Origin: Eledone cirrhosa
Taxonomy: Eukaryota
DNA: 64,000 nucleotides
Assembly (NCBI GenBank): GCA_964016885.1
Contig: OZ024741.1
Location: 33,356,001 to 33,420,000, forward strand
Reading direction: 5' to 3'
The translations under genes were made by a program, and so were the position numbers. This document shows, piece by piece, positions 55,717 to 64,000 of the stretch (positions are counted from its first letter, which is position 1; every line of letters starts with the position of its first letter). The notes beneath the pieces were generated by a model. The model had not been told where the DNA came from. It saw nothing but the letters and a program-made list of their open reading frames with translations, and ran no database searches.

Positions 55717-55886
55717 TCCCTGGTTCAATCGGAAGTAACCACAGTAAGGTATTCAATACATAGCAGAGTATAAATATTTAATATAGAAATGGCTTCTATA
55801 GGACTAGAACTGTTTAATTCGGGAGAAGTCATCAGGTAGCACGATGATTTCTCCCGATTGAAACAGTTCTAGTCCTGTAAAAGCCA
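55717..55886. mobile_element. fold-back element (family G)
   Basis: Arms 55790-55833 / 55843-55886. Minus strand CTGATGA at 55835-55829 and plus strand GAAAC at 55860. Ends in (TA)n. Confidence 0.75.
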
Positions 55887-55906
55887 TATATATATATATA
55901 TATATC

Positions 55907-56304
55907 TTAATAAGAGGAATTCCAACTTTGTCTGATTTACTCGTTTTATTTACAATCCTTTAATATTTATAATGGTATTATAATGAAATAGTATGATAGA
56001 ATATTAAATGTTAAATGTTAAGTGTTAATTGAACAAGTACTTTCATGCTTTCGCAATCTTCAGGTTCATAATGTGTGGTGACAGTCAAGTTTGCAATTTT
56101 CAACTGACAGTTGCAAATTGCAAACTTGACTGTCACCACACATTATGAACCCGAAGATTGCGAAAGCATGAAAGTATTTGTTCAATTAACACTTAACATT
56201 TAATATTCTATCATACTATTTCATTATAATACCATATTATATAAATTTTAAAGGATTGTAAATAAAACGAGTAAATCAGACAAAGTTGGAATTCCTCTTA
56301 TTAA
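55907..56304. mobile_element. 398-bp near-perfect palindrome carrying a hammerhead in each arm
   Basis: Centre CAACTG-A-CAGTTG at 56107. Arms end in TTAA, with (TA)n on the left. Confidence 0.92.
56030..56068 (-). ncRNA. minimal type I hammerhead motif (mutated twin on + at 56146-56184)
   Basis: TGAAC-CTGAAGA-T TGC gaaa GCA T-GAAA-GTAC-TT-GTTCA. Confidence 0.72.
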
Positions 56305-56345
56305 TATAATCTTCTATACACAATCATACACACCCGTGTATATTT

Positions 56346-56398
<53 letters not shown>

Positions 56399-56402
<4 letters not shown>

Positions 56403-56593
56403 AACGAGTAGGACTCCGACGGCTGAGCTCAAGCCGTTTCGACGGCTAATTCTGGACGTCCAGAATTAGCCGTCGAAACGGCTTGAGCTCAGCCGTCGGG
56501 GTCCTACTCGTTCCTATTACCCACTCAACTACCTTAAGTATTGAGTACTTTGGTGCGTTATGGTCCACCTGCTTCCTTACCACATTTCCTTCG

Positions 56594-56596
<3 letters not shown>
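56399..56596 (+). mobile_element. hairpin-plus-tail element (family H)
   Basis: Spacer-less palindrome 56399-56516 centred on GGACGTCC, plus the 80-nt tail. (TA)n on both sides. Confidence 0.9.
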
Positions 56597-56645
<49 letters not shown>

Positions 56646-56648
<3 letters not shown>

Positions 56649-56792
56649 TGTTTCTACTTTAGGCACAAGGCCAGCAATTACCCAGTACATTACTGGTATT
56701 TTATTTTATCGACCCCGTAAGGATGAAAGGCAAAGTTAACCTCGGCGGGATTTGAACTCAGACCGTAAATGGACGTAACTGCCAATCCACCG
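56646..56792 (-). mobile_element. SINE family A
   Basis: Reverse consensus with a (TTA)n tail. Confidence 0.8.
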
Positions 56793-56812
56793 ATAATAAT
56801 AATAATAATAAT

Positions 56813-59268
56813 TTCATAATATACATGCCCCATGGATAGACAGACAAATGAAAGATACAGCTCACCTTGAGGAACAAACATGGGAAAATATAACAGTTGA
56901 ACAGTTGCTCTTAGAAAAACCAGCAAATGGAAATCCCCAGGAAAAGACAAAATACCAAATTTTTGGATAAATGCCTTCACAGAGTCTCATGAGCTGTTAG
57001 CCCAACTTTACAATGAAATAGTTAAGAAGCCAGAAAAGATACCATCATGGCTAGTTAACGGCATTACATTCCTACTTCCGAAGAATGATGAGACAAGCAA
57101 TCCCCAAAATTACAGACCGATAACTTGCTTGACCACAATGTATAAAATGTTAACATCAGTCCTAACTGAATATACATATGACCACCTGATAACAAATGAC
57201 CTATTTCCCAATGCGCAGAAAGGGTGAAAACGGGGCTCATATGGCTGTAAAGATCAGCTTTTGGTTAACAAAATGATACTGGAAGATTGTCATAATAGAC
57301 ACAAAAATCTATCAATTGCTTGGATAGATTATAAAAAAGCATTCGATAGTTTGCCACACAGTTGGATTGAAAAAAATGTTTAGAGATTTTCAAAATATCT
57401 CCCGTTGTCAGGAGGTTTTTGTCATTCAGTATGAAGACATGGAAAACGACACTCCTTTTGAATAGTGTAAAAAAATCACTGGAAGCTGGAGAAGTTAATA
57501 TTAATTGTGGAATTTTTTCAGGGTGACTCTTTATCACCGCTTTTATTCTGCATCGCACTTATACCATTAAGTAAAATGCTCAATGAAACAAAACATGGAT
57601 ATAAAATCTATGACAAAACCATTAATCACTTGTTCTACATGGATGACTTGAAACCATTTGCAAAAAAATTATGAACAATTGCAAGGGCTATTATCCACTG
57701 TGAAGCAGTTCAGTGATGACATTAAAATGGAGTTTGGACTAGATAAATGCGCCAAAGCAACGTTCACCAGAGGAAAGCTGCTGAAAAGTTCAGACATTAA
57801 TCTTGATCGGGGGAATGTGATAAGAGAACTTGATCAAGAGGAAACTTACAAATATCTAGGTGTTTGTGAAGGAGACGGAATCAAGGACTCGACAATGAGG
57901 AAAGGATAAGGAAGGAATGTTACCGCAGAGTAAGAGCAATCTTAAGAACGGAATTGAATGCAAGGAATAGGATCGATGCCATAAACACGCTTGCCATACC
58001 AGTAGTAACCTACAATTACAATGTCATCAATTGGTCAAGCACAGAGATCCGTAGGCTCGATACAAAAATTAGAAAATTCTTAACCATGCACAGAATGCAT
58101 CACCCTAAGGCAGATACAGATAGAATATATCTCTCTAGGAAAGAAGGAGGACGTGGGTAAATCCAGTTAGATATTGCGTTGAAAACTGCAACAAGTGGAT
58201 TATGTACATATCTAAGGGAATCACATAATTGGTTGATCAAACTCGTTTTGAAACAAAAGATCATACTCCATTACAAAAGATGCACAAAGATACAGTAATG
58301 GACTACACATTTCAGAAGTTCCATTTACTGCTGAAATGAAAAACACAGAAAAAGCAAAGCAGGTAAAAGTAACTGCAAAGGAAGAACTGCTACAGAAACT
58401 GGCTAAGAAATGGCAAGAAAAGCCTCTGTATGGAAAATACCCAGAAAGAGCTAACAATCCTGATGTTGACAAAACTTTAACCCATTAGTGGTTGGCATCC
58501 TCTGGACTGAAATCGGAGACTGAAGGACTGATTATATCAGCACAAGATCAGTGTCTGCCAACAAAAAATTACCAAGCCAACATAATAAAAAATGGATGCA
58601 ACCCATTATGCCGTGTATGTAAAAAACAACCAGAGACCATTGATCATATAATTTCAATGTGCAGTCCTATAGCTCCAACCGAATACCTAAACAGGCATGA
58701 CAGAGCTGCACAATACATACATTGGATAATGTGTAAGCATTTTGACCTGCCTCATCAAAAGAATTGGTGGGAGCATCAACCACCTCCCATACTTGAAAAA
58801 GATCACATCTCAATCTTGTGGAGCTTTAGCATCCAAACAGACCGAAAAATAGATGCAAATAGACCTGATATAATACTGAAGGACTTAAAAAAGAGGGTAT
58901 GCCTGCTAATTGATATGTCCGTTCCAATAGACAAGAATGTATCTATAAAAACATTTGAAAGATTGAGCAAGTATAAGGACCTGGAGATAGAAATTGGAAA
59001 AATGTGGAAATTGAGAACTAAAACAATACCAGTGGTTGTAGGCGCTCTAGGAATGATACCTAAGGGGTCTAATGATTACTTATCGCAAATTATGTCAATA
59101 TAAGTACATCACAAGTCTAAACACCTAAAGATGCATGTGTGTGTATGTATGTTCTTTCTTGAACATGGCGGACCTTGTTGTCTCTTGAGGTCACTGGTTG
59201 TGACTTGGTGATAACTCGTATGAACATAAAGCAAGATAGATGCAACTGTAATAATAATAAATAATAAT
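56813..59268 (+). mobile_element. R4/Dong-clade non-LTR retrotransposon, 5'-truncated and disabled
   Basis: [50 protein letters not shown] finger CRVC..HIISMC, RHD, NRPD..IDMSVP..KYKDL. (TAA)n at both ends. Confidence 0.95.
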
Positions 59269-59279
59269 ACACATGTAGA

Positions 59280-59337
<58 letters not shown>

Positions 59338-59662
59338 TCTACATGTGTATTATTATTAGCTCACGCTTTGTTATCACTAATACGAGACTTAGAAAGAAAT
59401 TAAAAACATGATCATACTAACATATTTAGAGTCATTAGAAAATCAACAAGTTTCCACTTTATTATTGAGACTTAAGCCCCCAAAGCCTCTTAGCGCTGGA
59501 AGGCTTGATCTATGAGTATAATTGTTTTTATAAAAGTGTATCAGTGAAAGAGAAGGCGATAGAGCAACCCAAACATGTTGAAACATAGTAAAGGGCAAGT
59601 ACGAACTAAAGAGGTGGTCGTTCGACTTTCTAGAAATAACGAGCAAGTCTCCATTGTATTAT

Positions 59663-59792
59663 TGGCAGTATCTAAGTTCAAATCCCGTCGAGGTTAACTT
59701 TGCCTTTCATCCTTGCGGGGTCGATAAAATAAAGCACCAGTCATGTACTGGGTAATTTGCAGGCTTTGTGCCAAAAGTAGAAAGAATTATAT
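59663..59792 (+). mobile_element. SINE family A (internally deleted)
   Basis: B box and core present. Confidence 0.75.
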
Positions 59793-60232
59793 TAAACCGT
59801 ATTGTTTTAAAACGCACGAGGATTAGTGGTTAGAGTATTGGGCTCAGGATCATAAGTTCTAGAAAAGGCTGTGTATTGTGTTCTTGAACAAGGCACTTCA
59901 TTTCACATTGTTTTTCACACTAGAATAAAAAAAAAACTCGAGAAACCTCCTATGATATACAACCTCATAGGTGTGAGCTAAACTCACGTAGGTAGGAGCT
60001 ATAAATTTAACGTTTTAAACGAGTGTCTTAAAAAGAGTAAAGCATATTGCATAATGTGCTTCTATGTTTCTTCATAAACATTGCTCTTAGTAAAAAGACG
60101 AGATGGTCACGGTTAGAACGTCTTTCATTGTAGCTTCTCTGTTGATCAGAGCTGACTGGGGCTTAATCAACAGCAACTAGTGAGCGCAAAGAGAATCACG
60201 CGCTAGTAATTACGTGTATGTGTATGTATGAC

Positions 60233-60321
<89 letters not shown>

Positions 60322-60467
60322 TGTATGTGTGTGTCGTGTGTATGTGTGTGTGGTGTGTGTGAATATGTCTGTGTGTGTGTGTAAATCAAGGAAACAAAAA
60401 ACAAACAAACATGAGGATGCAATAACATGAAGTGTATTAGCTTCACGCTTGGAAGAAGAACGAGTTT

Positions 60468-60513
<46 letters not shown>

Positions 60514-60764
60514 TGCGTGTGTGTGTCTGAATAAGTGTGTGTATCTGTGTGTGTGTATGTGTGTATATGTGTGTGTGTATGTGTGTGTGCATGTGTGTGT
60601 GTGTGTATGTGTATGTGTGTGTTTGTATGTATGATGAGGATTTCAGATTCGGAAATAAGATGTATTTTGAGTTGATTAGTTGATTTAATCCTTGGACTGA
60701 CGAACAGACAGACAAGATAAAGTCTAATGGAAGTATGTAGACAGTCACGTGACTGGCTGTTGAT

Positions 60765-61075
60765 CTTGTTGTTACTGTCTTGTTATTGCTGTTGCTGCTG
60801 CTGATGCTCTTGTTATCTCCATTGCTGCTGTTGCTCTTGTTGTTGTTCGTATTGTTGTTGCTGTTGTTCTTGTTGTTTGTATTGTTGTTTCTGGTGCTGC
60901 TGTTCGTGTTGTTGTTGTTGCTGTTCGTGTTGTTGTTGTTGCTGTTCGTGTTGTTGTTGTTGTTGCTACTGTTCGTGTTGTTGTTGTCGCTGTTCGTGTT
61001 GTTGTTGTTGTTGTTGTTCGTGTTGTTGTTGTTGTTGTTGTTGTTGTTGCTGTTCGTGTTGTTCGTATTGTTGTA
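60765..61075. repeat. imperfect (GTT)n/(GCT)n triplet repeat
   Basis: Directly visible. Confidence 0.93.
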
Positions 61076-62011
61076 CCCGTTCTTTAACTCTATCTTCATC
61101 ATCCCAGATTCACCCGACCTATTATCGAAACCCTTCTAACTCTAACCATCTGGTCTTTATATTTATATAAACCTACACAGTCCAATCTGTCTTACATTAT
61201 ATTTTATTAAGATGTTATGATTTGATTTGAAGGAGATTACACTGTTATACATTTCTCTGCGTAGGCGTTCCGTTATATATTTATATATTCATGTTGTGGA
61301 GATTCATGTATCGTAGTAAATATAGGAGTAGCTCTTTACATAGCGATAGTAAAGGAGACTTTGGCTGGAATCCTAAAATGGTTAGGAACCCAATGGCTAT
61401 TCCCACTTCATTCAACTATTGTCTATCAACCGTTACATTTTTGATGACGAGTGCACCTGCATCGGAGTGGCCCAAAGCCTGGGTCCCTGCTTGTATGATC
61501 CACAGCTATGTATATCACAATGTGAACATATCTGCAATTACATGATTGCTAAGCAAATTTCTTGACCTCAGAGATAATATATCCATGCATATATTGTATA
61601 TTACATACGCACGTATAAAAATACTGAAATGTGTATATTTTTACAGAGCAGTGATTGCGCTTAAAAAAAATAACAGCTTGTATACATGTAACAAAATGGC
61701 TCCCATCCGAGAATTGAAGCCGCTTCACTCTGCAGTTGTTTAGTTTGACTGTTTAAATGACATAGAATTTAAAACTTTAATAAAGAAATACATAAATTAA
61801 TTAATTAAATGCCACTGAGAGAAAATACATTATATAAAATTCATCATCAATAAGGGAAGCCATATCTTCGTAAATCAAGGATTTACATACACGTACACAC
61901 AGGCAGATAGAGATACACATACACACAGGCAACAGATACGCGTACACAAAGACAGACAGTCACACACAAACTTATATATACATTTATATGTGTGTGTGTA
62001 TATATGTACAT

Positions 62012-62094
<83 letters not shown>

Positions 62095-62582
62095 CATATA
62101 TATATACATACATATATCCACATATATATGCATATATATACATATTTATATGCATAACAAGCAAGATTCAAACAATTTTTTAAAATAAATTTAAAAATAT
62201 AATTTAAATATTTACCTATTCCAGTTGCTTTTACCCACGGTTTCACTTCACAAAAGATTGGAGATCCCTAGGGACTTCCAATGGAAAATTTTAGTTCATC
62301 AGAAAGCATTTTCCTTTCCTAGGACTAAAAGTCCCAGGAACGGCAAAATATATTGCCATCTGCCAGCTAGCACAGTATCGAATGGGGCCGAAAATTTGAC
62401 CTGTAGATGAACCAGTCCGTAGTAGAAGCGGAAGTAAACATAGACGTGTTGTCTACCTCACCACTAAAAATAGCAGAGAATATTAAAAGAAGTTAATATG
62501 CCCATAGGTACTAAGTACCCCTGGAAATATATATATATACAGACATATATACACATATATATGTATATATATATGTGTATGT

Positions 62583-62700
<118 letters not shown>

Positions 62701-63280
62701 GTGCGTATGTATATATATACACACATATATATTTTTTCTTTACATCCATAATGGTGTTAATTATTAGAAGAAATACGCTAATGCAGGGTCTGGTCTCCAC
62801 CAATTAAATATAGGATTGCATTAATATTACTCTCCTTTCACCCTTTCTCCTTTTATAAAAATGTCTAATACACCACATAATCATCAATATATAAAGGCTA
62901 ACTAGAACTGTCTCAATTAATTTTCAGATTTATAATTTCTAATTATATTTTACATTTTATATCTTTAGATACTTGTTTTAATATTTTCAGTTTGTTTTAT
63001 TTAAAAAATAATTTTTATTAATTTTTACAATTTTCTTCTTTGTTTGGGTAACATTAAATTTCTTCCCTCTCCCATTTTTCCCACTTCAAAGCAAAGCTGT
63101 TTGATTTGTAGTAATTTTGATATTACTGCTGCTGCTGCTGCTGCTGCTGCTGTTGTTGTTGTTGTTGTCGGTGGTGGTGGTGCTGCTGCTGTTTAAGTTG
63201 TTATAGTACAAGTAATTGAATTCGTAATGTCAAGGGACCGAAATAAAATAAGAATACTTTTATACCTTCGTTATATATAC

Positions 63281-63329
<49 letters not shown>

Positions 63330-63333
<4 letters not shown>

Positions 63334-63523
63334 AAAAAGTATGACCCCGACGGCAGAGCTCAAGCCGTTTCGACGGCTATTTCTGGACAGAAATAGCCGT
63401 TGAAACGGCTTGAGCTCTGCCGTTGGGGTCATACTTTTTCCTATTACCCACTCTACTACCCTAAGTATTGAGTACTCTGGTGCGTTATGGTCCATCTGGT
63501 TCCTTACAACATTTCCTTCGTTA
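63330..63523 (+). mobile_element. hairpin-plus-tail element (family H)
   Basis: Arms 63330-63443 and tail to CCTTCGTTA. (TA)n on the left. Confidence 0.9.
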
Positions 63524-63669
63524 TATATACATGTTAGTCTATTGCGTGTTCCAGCCGAAAGGCTGGGACCATGCTGGGGTCACCACCATTAATATATATC
63601 TATACATATAAAATGTATATTGATTAAGTTTCTCAATAAGGAAAGCTCAATGAACATTAAGCTTGGAGC

Positions 63670-63707
<38 letters not shown>

Positions 63708-63740
63708 AACGATAGGTATGATGTGTTAAAGTATTCTTAT

Positions 63741-63815
<75 letters not shown>

Positions 63816-64000
63816 CGAAAGACATAATGTGTTAAAGTATTCTTATTTTATATATATATATATATCTGTGTGTGTGTGTGTGTGTGTGTACACATATATA
63901 TATATGTGTGTGTGTGTGTGTGTACATAATGCCAAACGTTTGGAAGGAAAAGCAGCACAGGAGAACAATGTAGTACAATTATTATAAGTATTAGTTTAAC

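Noticed and set aside
60467-61170. Poly-Asn, poly-Leu and poly-Cys ORFs
   Set aside because: Artefacts of the (GTT)n repeat.

Overview
AT-rich, microsatellite-saturated eukaryotic DNA. The (TA)n/(CA)n/(TACA)n load and the SINE families suggest a coleoid cephalopod such as Octopus (inference). No intact host gene is recognisable, only three weak exon candidates. The window is mostly mobile-element debris: two Penelope-like elements (RT + GIY-YIG), a 5'-truncated R4/Dong LINE in (TAA)n, CRE-, RTE- and Tx1-like LINE fragments, two tRNA-derived SINE families, mariner/Tc1/piggyBac/hAT MITEs, a 47-bp satellite, a 25-bp minisatellite and a 5'-truncated tRNA-Arg(CCG). The main unexplained structure is a set of more than a dozen short non-coding fold-back insertions sitting in or beside (TA)n tracts. 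Their arms often share copy-specific variants, one side usually carries an unpaired tail of about 70-80 nt, and several contain minimal type I hammerhead ribozyme motifs, including a U3-A8 compensatory core variant. This looks like a Penelope-driven, ribozyme-bearing hairpin insertion system. A candidate HDV-like ribozyme marks the shared 5' end of another repeat family. All coordinates were read by eye, and element boundaries are approximate.
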